Origin: a bacterium
GTDB taxonomy: Bacteria; Electryoneota; Electryoneia; Electryoneales; Electryoneaceae
DNA: 64,000 nt
Direction of reading: 5' to 3'
Assembly (NCBI GenBank): GCA_963675295.2
Contig: CAXXKJ010000002.1
Coordinates: 3,488,001 to 3,552,000, forward strand
The notes beneath the pieces were generated by a model, which searched no databases, was not told where the DNA came from, and was given only the letters and a program-made list of their open reading frames with translations. Each line of letters opens with the position of its first letter. Positions within the stretch are counted from its first letter, which is position 1. Of the stretch, positions 38,365 to 49,354 are shown piece by piece. The position numbers and the translations under genes are program-made.

Positions 38365-41067
38365 ATGGCTGGTACCTACAAAGACCCCTACGGCGCGAAA
38401 TCCACGCTGAGCACGAAGTCTGGTGAGTTCAAATACTGGCGTCTGGCGGCGCTGGAAGAGAAAGGGCTTGGCACAGTATCCAAGTTGCCTTATTCGATCC
38501 GTGTGCTGCTGGAAGCGGTGTTGCGCAACAACGACGATTTCATCGTCAACGACAACCACATCAAAGCGCTGGCGGCGTGGGATCCGACGTCGAAAGATCG
38601 CGGCGAGATCCCGTTCAAACCGGCCCGCGTGATTCTGCAGGACTTCACCGGCGTTCCGGCGGTGGTCGACCTCGCGGCGTTGCGTTCAGCGATGGAACGG
38701 ATGGGCGGCGACCCGAAGAAGATCAACCCGCAGGTTCCGGTCGATCTGGTGATCGACCACAGCGTGCAGGTGGATTTCTTCGGCATCGCGGACGCGTTAC
38801 AGAAGAACGAAGCGAAGGAATTCGAACGCAACAAGGAACGGTACGAGTTCCTCAAGTGGGGCGCGAGTGCATTTGATAATTTCCGCGTCGTACCGCCGGC
38901 AACCGGTATCGTGCACCAAGTCAACCTCGAGTATCTCGCGAAAGTCGTGTTCCAGTTCGAACATGATGGCGAACCGACCTTGCTGCCGGACAGCCTCGTC
39001 GGCACCGACTCGCACACCACGATGATCGACGCGCTCGGCGTGGTCGGCTGGGGTGTTGGCGGGATCGAGGCTGAAGCGGTGATGCTCGGGCAGCCGATTT
39101 ACATGCTCGCGCCGGATGTCATCGGCGTGCGCCTGAGTGGCGAACTGCAGGACGGTGTCACCGCGACCGATCTCGTGCTGCGTGTCACCGAGATGCTGCG
39201 GAAGTATGGCGTCGTCGGCAAGTTTGTCGAATTCTTCGGTCCGGGCGCGATCAACTTGAGCCTCGCCGACCGTGCGACAATCTCGAACATGTCGCCGGAA
39301 TATGGCGCGACGATGGGCTTCTTCCCCGTTGACGACGAAACGCTTCGCTACCTGCGCTTCACCGGCCGTGACGAAGAGGCGGACATCACCGAAGCCTACT
39401 GCAAGGCGAACATGCTGTTCCGCACCGACGATGCGCCGGAACCGGAATTTACCGACGTGCTCGAGCTCGACCTGAACTCGGTGGATGCGTCGTTGGCGGG
39501 CCCGAAACGTCCGGCCGACCGGATCGCGTTGCGGGACATGAAGCAGACGTTCAACGAGCAGATTGTCGCTCCGGCGGGAGTGCAGGGTGTCGGGCTCGAT
39601 CCGTCCAAGCTGGGCGACACCGGCACGTACAAGGATAACGGGCACGAGATCGATCTCAAGCACGGCAGCCTGGTGATCGCGGCAATCACGTCATGCACGA
39701 ACACCAGCAACCCGAGCGTGTTGATCGGTGCCGGCCTCGTTGCGAAGAAGGCGGTGGAAAAGGGGCTGAGCGTGCATCCGTACGTCAAGACCAGCCTCGC
39801 GCCGGGTTCGCAGGTGGTGACGGAATATTTGCGCAAAGCCGGCCTCGACAAGCCGCTGGACGCACTCAAGTTCAACCTCGTCGGGTATGGTTGCACAACC
39901 TGTATCGGCAACTCCGGCCCGTTGCCGGAACCGGTGCTCGACGCGATCAATGACGGCGACCTGGTCGCGGCGGCGGTACTCAGCGGCAACCGCAACTTCG
40001 AGGGTCGTGTCAGCCCGCACACGAAGATGAACTATCTCGCCAGTCCGCCGCTGGTGGTGGCGTACGCGTTGGCCGGACGTGTCGACATCGACTTCGAGAC
40101 CGAGCCGATCGGGCAGGATCCGAATGGACAGGATGTGTTCCTGCATGACATCTGGCCGTCAACGCAGGAAGTGAAGGATGCGGTCAAGGCGGCGATTTCG
40201 CCGGAGATGTACCGCGAGCAGTACAGCAACGTCTGGGATGGATCGGAACACTGGCAGGCGATTACGCCACCGAGCGGCGCCATTTATCAGTGGGATGCGA
40301 CGTCCACGTACGTCCAGGAACCGCCGTTCTTTGTCGATATGACGCCGGACCTGCCGCCGTTCGAGGATATCAAGGACGCGCGATGCCTCGCGTTGCTCGG
40401 CGACACGATCACCACCGACCACATCAGCCCGGCAGGTGTGATTTCACGGACCAGCCCGGCGGCGAAGTATCTCACCGATAACGGCGTCGAACCGGCGCAG
40501 TTCAACAGTTACGGCAGCCGTCGCGGGAACGACCGGGTGATGGTGCGTGGAACATTCGCGAATATCCGGCTCAAGAACCGGCTTGCGCCGGGAACCGAAG
40601 GCGGAATCACCCGTCACCAGCCCAGCGACGAAGAGATGACGATTTACGACGCGTCGCTGAAGTACAAGGCGGACAAGACGCCGCTGGTCATCTTCGCGGG
40701 CAAGGAATACGGGACCGGCTCGAGCCGTGACTGGGCGGCGAAGGGAACGTACCTGCTCGGCGTCAAGGCGGTGATCACGCAGTCGTACGAACGCATCCAC
40801 CGCAGCAACCTCGTCGGGATGGGCGTGCTGCCACTGCAGTTCAAGGACGGCGACAGCTACGAATCGCTCGGCATCACCGGCAAGGAACAGTACGATATCG
40901 TGCTGCCGGATGAGGTGACGCCGATGTGCGACGCGACGCTGGTTGTCAAGGGTGACGGCGGGACGAAGGAGGTCAAGCTGACAGTGCGTCTCGATACGCC
41001 GGTGGAAGTCGTCTATTACAAGAATGGCGGCATTCTGCACACGGTGCTAAGGCAGCTGGCGAAGTGA
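38365..41067 (+). CDS. acnA: Aconitate hydratase A
   Basis: [46 protein letters not shown]. Confidence 0.98.
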   Translation: MAGTYKDPYGAKSTLSTKSGEFKYWRLAALEEKGLGTVSKLPYSIRVLLEAVLRNNDDFIVNDNHIKALAAWDPTSKDRGEIPFKPARVILQDFTGVPAVVDLAALRSAMERMGGDPKKINPQVPVDLVIDHSVQVDFFGIADALQKNEAKEFERNKERYEFLKWGASAFDNFRVVPPATGIVHQVNLEYLAKVVFQFEHDGEPTLLPDSLVGTDSHTTMIDALGVVGWGVGGIEAEAVMLGQPIYMLAPDVIGVRLSGELQDGVTATDLVLRVTEMLRKYGVVGKFVEFFGPGAINLSLADRATISNMSPEYGATMGFFPVDDETLRYLRFTGRDEEADITEAYCKANMLFRTDDAPEPEFTDVLELDLNSVDASLAGPKRPADRIALRDMKQTFNEQIVAPAGVQGVGLDPSKLGDTGTYKDNGHEIDLKHGSLVIAAITSCTNTSNPSVLIGAGLVAKKAVEKGLSVHPYVKTSLAPGSQVVTEYLRKAGLDKPLDALKFNLVGYGCTTCIGNSGPLPEPVLDAINDGDLVAAAVLSGNRNFEGRVSPHTKMNYLASPPLVVAYALAGRVDIDFETEPIGQDPNGQDVFLHDIWPSTQEVKDAVKAAISPEMYREQYSNVWDGSEHWQAITPPSGAIYQWDATSTYVQEPPFFVDMTPDLPPFEDIKDARCLALLGDTITTDHISPAGVISRTSPAAKYLTDNGVEPAQFNSYGSRRGNDRVMVRGTFANIRLKNRLAPGTEGGITRHQPSDEEMTIYDASLKYKADKTPLVIFAGKEYGTGSSRDWAAKGTYLLGVKAVITQSYERIHRSNLVGMGVLPLQFKDGDSYESLGITGKEQYDIVLPDEVTPMCDATLVVKGDGGTKEVKLTVRLDTPVEVVYYKNGGILHTVLRQLAK

Positions 41068-41110
41068 AGCCAGTGCTGAGTGATGAGTCGTGAGTGGTGA
41101 GTAAAACAAC

Positions 41111-41140
41111 ACCCCCACAGGTGAAAACCGGTGGGGGTTT
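41111..41140 (+). terminator. Intrinsic terminator after acnA
   Basis: ACCCCCAC...GTGGGGGTTT hairpin. Confidence 0.65.
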
Positions 41141-41195
41141 GCTATCGGCGCAATTGAACTGTGCTTCAGGGTGCTGCAGGTGCGCGCCTGACTGC

Positions 41196-41801
41196 TCACT
41201 CTCCGTCGCTGATCGGTTCTGTCTGCGATGCGACGAGCGCCATCAGGCCCACCGACAGGGCGATCCCGGCAACGGTTGACAGGATGCGTTGATTCTTGAC
41301 CCGGGTGCCGTACCCTTCCGCGAAGCCGATCTGAAAGTCAACGCCCTGGCCCGCCGTTTCAGACCATAAGCGGTCGGGCGGCTCGGGTTTGCCCTTGACG
41401 AAGGTGCTGATCAGCGTTGTCAGCAGCAGTGTCAACGACAACGGCGCACCGAGCAGAATGATCGCGAGGGCACTAGGCAGGACCAGGGTCACGGGAACCA
41501 TGGTCAGCGTTCCCATCAGGAACCAGCCCCACGTCGGCCAGCCGATATCGCTCGCCATGCCGACGTCGTACCCCAGTGTGAACTCGTGTTCGTCCGTGAT
41601 CTGCCAATGGGTCTGAATGGTGGTCTCGGTACGGTTGGAAGTATCGAAGTTGGTCATGCCCGGTTGGCTGGAATCCGCGAGCAGGATGTCCAGCTGGACA
41701 TTGTCTTCGATCTGAATGTGGAAGGAATGGTTGTCGGCAAAGGATGCCACGGGTGTGAACAGCAGAAGCAGTGCGAGTGGTACAGACAGCGCCCGGATCA
41801 T
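41196..41801 (-). CDS. Hypothetical exported membrane protein (paralog of 10646-11299)
   Basis: Signal peptide and 3 hydrophobic segments; GGGGAG RBS. Confidence 0.65.
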   Translation of the reverse strand: MIRALSVPLALLLLFTPVASFADNHSFHIQIEDNVQLDILLADSSQPGMTNFDTSNRTETTIQTHWQITDEHEFTLGYDVGMASDIGWPTWGWFLMGTLTMVPVTLVLPSALAIILLGAPLSLTLLLTTLISTFVKGKPEPPDRLWSETAGQGVDFQIGFAEGYGTRVKNQRILSTVAGIALSVGLMALVASQTEPISDGE

Positions 41802-42196
41802 GTTCTCCCCCACAAGTCAGCCGCGTGCTATTGATGGATATGAATAACCTAGAGCTGAACAATTGACAGAGCAAGGTGTTGCGACCACCCAGCGCATGCG
41901 ACAGCCTGGACTGGACTCCGAGGGAACAAGATCGCCGGTGGCAGACGTGAAACCAACGCGTGCAATGGCTACCAATCTCTGGTCAGCCCCAAGGTCCTCT
42001 CATTTTCAATCGCTGGAGGTTTTCCCACATCTCACTCACATTCCGTGCTAGATTGTTGGGACGACTTAACTGAAATGCCATCAACCAGCGCCAGCGTCTC
42101 CCCAGCCACGGAAGCCCTCGCGCCCACCCCTGCTTTACCAGACCCGACCTCGGCAGGTACGAGCCTGCAGACACGAAGACGACAAGGATTTAGTGG

Positions 42197-43198
42197 ATGA
42201 ACATGAAAGACCTGCAGGTTGCAGTGCGCAAATACACGCAGCCTGATGTGACAAGATCAACCTGGCAGTTGTTGAATACCGTGTTGCCGTATTTCATGTT
42301 GTGGGGAATGATGGTCGCGTCCGTGATTCTCGGCCTGCCTTTATGGGTGACGCTGCTCTTGATTCCGGTGACGACGATTTTCCATATCCGCAGTTTCATC
42401 ATTTTTCACGATTGCTGCCACCGCTCGTTCTTCAAGTCGCAGGCGGCGAATCGTTGGCTCGGCACGATCATCGGGGTGATGACGTTTACGGCCTACGACG
42501 CATGGGCGGGCGAACACCTGACACATCATTCGAGCGTGGCAGATCTCAGCCGTCGTGGCACGGGCGATATCTGGACGATGACGGTCAACGAGTACCAGGC
42601 CGCCTCGAGGTGGAAGCGGTTACTCTACCGGGCGTTCCGGAATCCGTTCGTGCTGTTCGGACTCGGCCCGATCTGGGTGTTCTTCATTTTCAATCGAACG
42701 TTCCAGAAAGGCATGAGCAAGCGGGAACGGTGGAGCATCGCCTTCACCAATATCGCGATTGTTGGCGTGGCGTTGATCCTGAGCCTGGTGATCGGGTGGC
42801 AGAACTACCTGTTAATCAAATTACCGGTGATTTACCTCTCCGGCGTCTTCGGGATCTGGCTGTTTTACGTGCAGCATCAGTTCGATCCGACGCACTGGTA
42901 TGACCCGGAGGATTGGGATTTCTTCACGGCGTCGTTGCACAGCAGCTCCTATTATAAGCTGCCGAAGGTGTTGCAATGGATCTCGGGAAATATCGGACTG
43001 CATCACGTGCATCACGTCAACGCACGCATCCCGAACTATCACCTGCAGGCTTGCCTCGACAACACGCCGGAATTGCAGACCGTGAAGCCGATGACGCTAC
43101 TCGACAGCCTGAAGACGATCCGGATGAATTTGTGGGACGAGGAAAAGCAGAAGCTGGTCAGCTTCGGGTCGCTGCGGACGGTTGGACAAGCGACCTGA
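42197..43198 (+). CDS. Membrane fatty acid desaturase
   Basis: His boxes HDCCH, HLTHH, HHVHH. Confidence 0.93.
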   Translation: MNMKDLQVAVRKYTQPDVTRSTWQLLNTVLPYFMLWGMMVASVILGLPLWVTLLLIPVTTIFHIRSFIIFHDCCHRSFFKSQAANRWLGTIIGVMTFTAYDAWAGEHLTHHSSVADLSRRGTGDIWTMTVNEYQAASRWKRLLYRAFRNPFVLFGLGPIWVFFIFNRTFQKGMSKRERWSIAFTNIAIVGVALILSLVIGWQNYLLIKLPVIYLSGVFGIWLFYVQHQFDPTHWYDPEDWDFFTASLHSSSYYKLPKVLQWISGNIGLHHVHHVNARIPNYHLQACLDNTPELQTVKPMTLLDSLKTIRMNLWDEEKQKLVSFGSLRTVGQAT

Positions 43199-43288
43199 CA
43201 GTTCGCTGACTGTACGATTCATTCTGAGATTAAATGCCCGACGGCGATACGCTATCGGGCATTTCTGTTGATAAGTCTGGATCGCCGG

Positions 43289-46195
43289 TTACTTCATCAA
43301 CGTCACCTTGCGCACGGCGTTGAACTGGCCGGGTACGGACGCGTGAACGAAGTACAACCCGCTGGTCAGGGTAGACGCGTCGAAGGTGAGGCGATGGGTG
43401 CCAGCGGAGAAGGTGTCATGCGCCAGTGTCGCGACCTGCTGGCCGGTGATGTTGTAGACGGTGATGGTCAGGTTCGCTGTCTCCGGCAGGTCAACCGCGA
43501 CCGTGGTTTCCGGGTTGAACGGATTTGGATACGCCGCGCTGAGGTCGAATGTCACCGGTAACGAAGAGCTGCTGGTTCCAGAATGGTGTTCCTCGCCGGA
43601 TTCATCGAGCAGCGCTGTGCCGGGCACGCCGGGGTTGCCGTCGATCATGCCGGTGACCGGCCCGAGGCTGATGCTGTCGAAGCCTGGCTCGTCAATTGGG
43701 ATCGAGCTCGGGTTCTTGGTAAAGTCGAAGCTGTCTGAATTTGTCACCAGCGACGGGAAGATGCCGGTATAGACGCTGATCCGGTAGTCGCCTGCCGGCG
43801 CCACCTGCGGCACGTTCTGGTGCAGCAGGAAGTTGTGCACACCCGGTCCGGGATTGACATTGTGGAACACACGCTTGACATGCGGAACACCGCCGGTGAG
43901 GTAGGTGACGGTGATCCACGCATCAAAGCTCTCCACCGGTGAAGCGATGTCCAGCGAGGCGAAGTAGCTTAGCAACCCACCGATTGCAGGCACCTCAATC
44001 GGCGGAATCTGCAGCGGGGTGACGGTCAACGTGATCGGATCGGCCGGGATCGCGAAGGTGTTTTCCCACCACTGAATCTGCGATTCCTTGTTCGCGGAGG
44101 CGATCAGGTCGAGGCGACCGTCGCCGTTGAGGTCGGCCAGGTCGAGTCCGCGGGGCTTCTCGTAATCGCCGTGGATCAGGTGCATGGTGAAATTGCCGAA
44201 GCCGTCGTTCGCACACCAGCCAAGCGAATCCAGCTCCTCAGACGAAACGGCGAGATCCATCGTGCCGTTCCCGTCGATATCCCCCGCGACAACGTCGAAC
44301 GCGAGCGTGAAGTTCTGGATGATTTCGTGACGGGCGAAGTCCATCTGGCCGTCATTCTCGTACCACGCAATCAAGCCGCCGGCATACAACGCGCCCGCGA
44401 CATCGAGGTCGCCGTCATCGTCAATGTCAACCGGAACCGCCGAACGCATCCCATTCTGGCCAGACGCGATAATCTGCTTGCTGAACTGCTGCGCGCCATC
44501 ATTTTCGTACCAGACCAGCTCGTCCATGATCTGGCCGCAGGCGAGGATGTCGGTGTCGCCGTCCTGGTCGAGGTCGACCCCAACCGCGTCCGTCGCACGC
44601 GCGAATTCGGCGTCCACGGTGTGACGGGTGTAGCTGTTGTTGACATTCTCGTACCAGATGACGTCGTCGTCCGAGCGCGCGGTCGCAACGATGTCCATGT
44701 CGCCGTCAGAATCGATGTCGGCGGCGTGAACGGATCGGGCCTGGAAGGTGGTTTCGTCAATGATCAGCTCAGTGAATGTGAGGTCGCCGTTGTTGGTGTA
44801 GAGGCGAACATCATTCATCTCGCTGGCGGCGGTGAGGATGTCGGGGTACCCGTCCGCGTCCATGTCCTCGATCCAGAGGGCGTACACCCCCGGAAGGAAC
44901 CTGATTTCACTCTCTTCGTAGAGCTGATCGCCGGTGTTTTCGTACAGCAGCAGTCGATCGCCGGTTTTGGCTGCGCCGACGAGGTCAATATCGCCATCCA
45001 GGTCGAGGTCGCCGGCCTTCACGTCGGAGGCACCCCAAACACTGTTGTCCACGGCATGTTCGGTCCAATAGTCGTTGCGGGCACCGTACCAGACATGGAT
45101 TTCGTTCTGATCGCCGAGATTGCTCACCATCGCGAGCAGGTCCGGGACATCGTCCCCGTTCAGGTCGCCAACATCGAGCCCATAGAAACCAATCAGTGAA
45201 TCATCGACCGAATGTTCGATGTAGGCGTCATTGGCATCGTACTCATACCAGTAGATATCGTGATTGAAGCGTGACCAGCCGAAAACGTCCTCGTCGCCAT
45301 CATTGTCGATATCGATCATCAGTACGTCGTACGAACTGGGCGTGTTGTTCTCGAGGACCGTCGGGTACAGGTTACCGTTGCCATCGTTCTTGAAGATGGT
45401 GTAGGAATCATCCCCGTCAACAGCGGCGGCGATGTCGATGTCGCCATCGTTCTCGAAATCGCCGGTGGAAATGCCGCGCACATTATCGACATCCTCAGAG
45501 ATGATGTGCGTGGTGAACGGGAAGCTGCCTTCGTTCTCAAACCAGTAGAGTGTGCTGTTCTGGTTGCCAGCCGCGGCGACGTCCAGATCGCCGTCCCCAT
45601 CAAAGTCGGCGGCTTCCACATTGGTCACACCTTCGCAGGAATCGGAGATTACTTCCGCGGTGAAGATCTGATAGCCATTGTTCCAGAAATAGACGACTCG
45701 GTCGCCGTCGAACGAACCGGTGAGCACGTCAATGTCGCCGTCAAAATCGAAGTCGATGCACTGAACGCTGTAGATTTCGGACGAATTGGCGGCAATGATG
45801 TGCGTGGTAAACAGGTTGCCGCCGTCATTGTGATACCATTTGACGCGGTTGGTGCCGGAGACGGCGAGGTCGAGGGCGCCGTCACCGTCGATATCGGAGA
45901 CTTCGACATCAGTCGCGCCGATGAAGTTTCCATCAATGACCAGCGGGACATAATCTCCGAAGCCAACGTTGACCAGCAGGACGACGTTGCCGAAATCGTC
46001 ATTTCGTGAGGTGTAAACCAGGTCGAGATCGCCGTCATTGTCGATGTCGACGGTGGTCACATCGCGGCCGTCGTGGATGCCATCGACAAGCAATTGCGGT
46101 TCACCGAACCAGGTGGTGCTTGCGAAACCGGCGGGTGTCAGCGCGAGGATGGAGAGCAATGCGAGCCATCCGAGCACGTTAAGATGCCGATTCAT
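43289..46195 (-). CDS. Large secreted FG-GAP/VCBS repeat protein (probably two propellers) with T9SS/Por-type CTD
   Basis: About 14 DxDxDGDxD repeats; AYPNPFNPET...LTSGLYF. Confidence 0.9.
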   Translation of the reverse strand: MNRHLNVLGWLALLSILALTPAGFASTTWFGEPQLLVDGIHDGRDVTTVDIDNDGDLDLVYTSRNDDFGNVVLLVNVGFGDYVPLVIDGNFIGATDVEVSDIDGDGALDLAVSGTNRVKWYHNDGGNLFTTHIIAANSSEIYSVQCIDFDFDGDIDVLTGSFDGDRVVYFWNNGYQIFTAEVISDSCEGVTNVEAADFDGDGDLDVAAAGNQNSTLYWFENEGSFPFTTHIISEDVDNVRGISTGDFENDGDIDIAAAVDGDDSYTIFKNDGNGNLYPTVLENNTPSSYDVLMIDIDNDGDEDVFGWSRFNHDIYWYEYDANDAYIEHSVDDSLIGFYGLDVGDLNGDDVPDLLAMVSNLGDQNEIHVWYGARNDYWTEHAVDNSVWGASDVKAGDLDLDGDIDLVGAAKTGDRLLLYENTGDQLYEESEIRFLPGVYALWIEDMDADGYPDILTAASEMNDVRLYTNNGDLTFTELIIDETTFQARSVHAADIDSDGDMDIVATARSDDDVIWYENVNNSYTRHTVDAEFARATDAVGVDLDQDGDTDILACGQIMDELVWYENDGAQQFSKQIIASGQNGMRSAVPVDIDDDGDLDVAGALYAGGLIAWYENDGQMDFARHEIIQNFTLAFDVVAGDIDGNGTMDLAVSSEELDSLGWCANDGFGNFTMHLIHGDYEKPRGLDLADLNGDGRLDLIASANKESQIQWWENTFAIPADPITLTVTPLQIPPIEVPAIGGLLSYFASLDIASPVESFDAWITVTYLTGGVPHVKRVFHNVNPGPGVHNFLLHQNVPQVAPAGDYRISVYTGIFPSLVTNSDSFDFTKNPSSIPIDEPGFDSISLGPVTGMIDGNPGVPGTALLDESGEEHHSGTSSSSLPVTFDLSAAYPNPFNPETTVAVDLPETANLTITVYNITGQQVATLAHDTFSAGTHRLTFDASTLTSGLYFVHASVPGQFNAVRKVTLMK

Positions 46196-46503
46196 GATTC
46201 CTCCCTATCCCTGTCATTGCGCACAGTCTGCTGATCCGGTGCATATTTGAAGCTATGTCTGCACAGTATGCACGCAGTTCTCATGCATCCAGGATCATCA
46301 CCCCCGGGCTGAAGACCGTAGCAATCCCCTGTAATAAAAGAGATTACGGTTTGCGCAATGTTATGACCACATCAGTACTGCGCAAGATCCGCGCCTGAAT
46401 TGTAGAATTCAGGATACTGCGGGTGTTGTCAGCTTGGAGTATGGCCAGAATTGCACGAGAAAACTACAACTCAATCCGTAAAAAGAGAAAAAACGCGCTC
46501 CGA

Positions 46504-46851
46504 TCAGAGCGGCAGGATGAGATCGGCTGCCAGCATGGTTTCGGTGATTTCGACCATGTTGGACGTATTCCCGACGGCAAGGTCGCCGTTGAGCTCAAAA
46601 TGGTTCAGGCAAGTGCCGCAGCAGAGCAGCTTGACCCCGCGCGCCTCGAACTCCCGCAGGATGTCGAGCACCGGCGAGTCGGCGATGCAGAGGTAGACGC
46701 CACGGTTGAAAAACACGATTGCGGCGGGATCGGGGTGGATTTCGGCAAGTACATTGACGAAGCTTGCGGCCAGACGTGCGCCCAATTCATCGTCGCCACG
46801 GCCCATTGTGTCACTGCTGAATCGAACGACCACCTGCTTGTCTGCGCTCAA
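46504..46851 (-). CDS. DsrE/YedF-like sulfurtransferase-related protein
   Basis: MGRGDDELGARL, FFNRGV, CGTCL, SNM. Confidence 0.8.
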   Translation of the reverse strand: MSADKQVVVRFSSDTMGRGDDELGARLAASFVNVLAEIHPDPAAIVFFNRGVYLCIADSPVLDILREFEARGVKLLCCGTCLNHFELNGDLAVGNTSNMVEITETMLAADLILPL

Positions 46852-46899
46852 CTCGACGTCCCCCCGTGCTGATGTGATTTGATGATGATCTGCTGTGGA

Positions 46900-47652
46900 T
46901 TATGTCGCAGCGGTCGCTGTTTGCGGATCGGCCAGCGAGAAAAACGCCTGCTCGAGATCTTCGGTGCCGGTCTGGCTGAGGATTTCGGCAAGTGTGCCGG
47001 TCGCCTTGATCTCGCCGTCATGCATGATCGCGATCCGGTCACAGAGGTTCTCTGCCTCGCGCAGGTAGTGCGTTGAAAACAGTAGCGTCACCCCCCCGCT
47101 GCGGCCTTCCCGGATGAATTCGGTGATGTGCCGCGCACTGATCGGATCAAGCCCGGCAGTGGGTTCGTCGAAGATCATCAGCTCCGGCTGCTGGATCACC
47201 GCCCGTGCGATGCTTGTCCGCTGGCGCTGCCCGGTTGACAGCTTGCCGATCTTGGTGTCGATGAATTCGTCAAGGCCGAAGCGTTTCGCGACCCGGTCGA
47301 TGGCAGCGAGACGGTCGACTTTGCTCAGGCCGAACAGGTTTGCGTAATAGGTCAGCATCTCACGCGGTGTGAGCCGGGTATAGAGGTTCGTATCGCCGGT
47401 GAGGTAGCCGATGTGTTCCCGGACCTTGGCGGGTTCGGCGGTGACGTCATGACCGGCGACGACGGCCGTTCCCGTGGTCGGCTGAAGGATGGTCGCGAGC
47501 ATGCGCAGGGTGGTGGTTTTGCCCGCGCCGTTGGTGCCGAGCAGGCCGAAAATCTCACCCTTGCGAACCTCGAAGCTGATGGATTTTACCGCTTCGATCT
47601 TGCCCCGTTTGCGGTCCTCGAAGGTTTTGCTCAACCCGCGCACGTCAATCAT
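46900..47652 (-). CDS. ABC transporter ATP-binding protein (NatA-like)
   Basis: GTNGAGKTT, LSTGQRQR, FDEPTAGLD. Confidence 0.9.
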   Translation of the reverse strand: MIDVRGLSKTFEDRKRGKIEAVKSISFEVRKGEIFGLLGTNGAGKTTTLRMLATILQPTTGTAVVAGHDVTAEPAKVREHIGYLTGDTNLYTRLTPREMLTYYANLFGLSKVDRLAAIDRVAKRFGLDEFIDTKIGKLSTGQRQRTSIARAVIQQPELMIFDEPTAGLDPISARHITEFIREGRSGGVTLLFSTHYLREAENLCDRIAIMHDGEIKATGTLAEILSQTGTEDLEQAFFSLADPQTATAAT

Positions 47653-47720
47653 GGGAAGTCCGTCTCTCGTCTCTGGTCTTTGGTCTCTCGGAAAACAAAC
47701 TGCGTTGTTCGCGTTACGGT

Positions 47721-47885
47721 ATGTGCCCCTGATGGCTACGCCAGCAGGGATGAACAACCTGATACAAACTGTGAAGTGCCGGAGTATCCGCGTTTGCAAG
47801 CAAACACGGGCACTTCCTCAGGTGTAGTCTACCCCTATCGGCTTGCTGGTCGGGATGATCCGCGTTTGCAAGCAAACACGGGCAC
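47721..47885. repeat. REP-like hairpin cluster
   Basis: CCGCGTTTGCAAGCAAACACGGGCAC at 47788 and 47860 (same as 29530); ATGTGCCCCTGATGGCT.CGCCAGCAGGGAT at 47721 (also at 61453). Confidence 0.85.
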
Positions 47886-47935
47886 TTCAGACTTTCTTTA
47901 TCAATACCCTACAGCCCGCAGCCCGCAGCCCGAAA

Positions 47936-49354
47936 CTACCGTGAAAACTCGATCTCGTACCAGTAGGGGTTGTTCACCTCGCCCTTCTTCGTCGAATGCA
48001 CTTGGGTGTACTCACTCAGGTTGTTGCGGTCGACGAAGACGTAGATGATGCCGCCCTCGATCTGGTGGTATTCCCACACCTGCCACGCGCCGTTGGTGGT
48101 GCCGTCGAATGGGTGGTCGTCGATGTAGTCCGGCTCACCGTGCAGCAGCAGAACGCGTCCGCGGTCGGTGCTCCAGCCTTCGCGTTGCAGGCTGCCGTAG
48201 CGATCATTCGCAATCTGGAGCCGCCGCAGGTATTCCTGGCGGAATTCGTTGATCGCGGTGGTGGTATCCGGATCGTTGGCAGACCAGAACCGGCCGAGGA
48301 AGGATCGTTTCGCACTTGGTCCTTCGAGATCCTTCATCGCCTTGCGGACACGATCATTCAGCAGATACCGGATCGCGGACAACTCCTGTTCGAGCTCTTC
48401 CTCGGTAAGAGCGTCAACATCGAAACCCGGATCAATGCGCGGCACGATGGCGATATCCTCATCCGGCCGGTAGACCCAGAAGTTACGATCAGCGGTCGCC
48501 TGCGTACCGGTCATGATGTCCGTCGCGACAATGCGCAAGGTGTAGACGCCGGTGCGCAACGTGGCCGCACTGAATGCGTCCACATCGACGACCGCCGCGC
48601 CCGGGACATTACGGACTCGGCGTTCGAAACGCCGCAGCACGGCACCTCGGTCATCCAGCAGGGCACGGTCGATCCAGTAGGTGGCAGTGTCTTCCTGGGT
48701 CAGGTTGTACACCTCGACATAATAGAATATCTGCGGGTTGGAGGTGCCGAACATGCGTTCCGCGTTCGGGAGCACCAGCAGGCCATTGTGGTTGAATTCA
48801 GCGACATCACCCTCGGCCTTCTCGATGCGTGACGCGAGCAGGATGTCGGAAATCTGGATACCGTCCGTCGGGATCGCCTCCGCACTGATCGCGTATTCCT
48901 CGACATAGTACTGGTTGTTGACTTCGTCCACGACTCGCACCGCGATGCGGTAGTCGCCCGGCTGGATCATGTATTTCACCAGTTCGGGGATTTTCTGTCC
49001 GTAGGAACGAAGGGAATCGTTCTGCGACCAGTCGGTGCGCACCCAGGAATCGCCAATCAGCAGGCTGTCGTTGTGCAGCACCTGGAACGTGATTTCGTAG
49101 CGGGCCTGCACACCGTTATCGTGGGCGGGCTCGAGGCCGAGGTAGCTGCGGTCGATCAACGCGTAGACTTCGAGCTGGAGATGCTCGTCGTCGTAGCGGA
49201 AAACCGAGTGATCGACGGTAAAGAACTTCAGGTCGCTGCGCTCGGGACCGGTCGTAGTTTCGTCGGCCATCTCGTCTTGCGCCATGACCATCGGGACTGT
49301 GACGATCAGCATCAGGATCAAAGCGGGCAATAGCAGGTTCAGCGTGCGTCTCAT
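47936..49354 (-). CDS. GWxTD domain-containing secreted protein
   Basis: FWSANDP...GWSTDRGRVLLLHGEPD; signal peptide. Confidence 0.9.
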   Translation of the reverse strand: MRRTLNLLLPALILMLIVTVPMVMAQDEMADETTTGPERSDLKFFTVDHSVFRYDDEHLQLEVYALIDRSYLGLEPAHDNGVQARYEITFQVLHNDSLLIGDSWVRTDWSQNDSLRSYGQKIPELVKYMIQPGDYRIAVRVVDEVNNQYYVEEYAISAEAIPTDGIQISDILLASRIEKAEGDVAEFNHNGLLVLPNAERMFGTSNPQIFYYVEVYNLTQEDTATYWIDRALLDDRGAVLRRFERRVRNVPGAAVVDVDAFSAATLRTGVYTLRIVATDIMTGTQATADRNFWVYRPDEDIAIVPRIDPGFDVDALTEEELEQELSAIRYLLNDRVRKAMKDLEGPSAKRSFLGRFWSANDPDTTTAINEFRQEYLRRLQIANDRYGSLQREGWSTDRGRVLLLHGEPDYIDDHPFDGTTNGAWQVWEYHQIEGGIIYVFVDRNNLSEYTQVHSTKKGEVNNPYWYEIEFSR

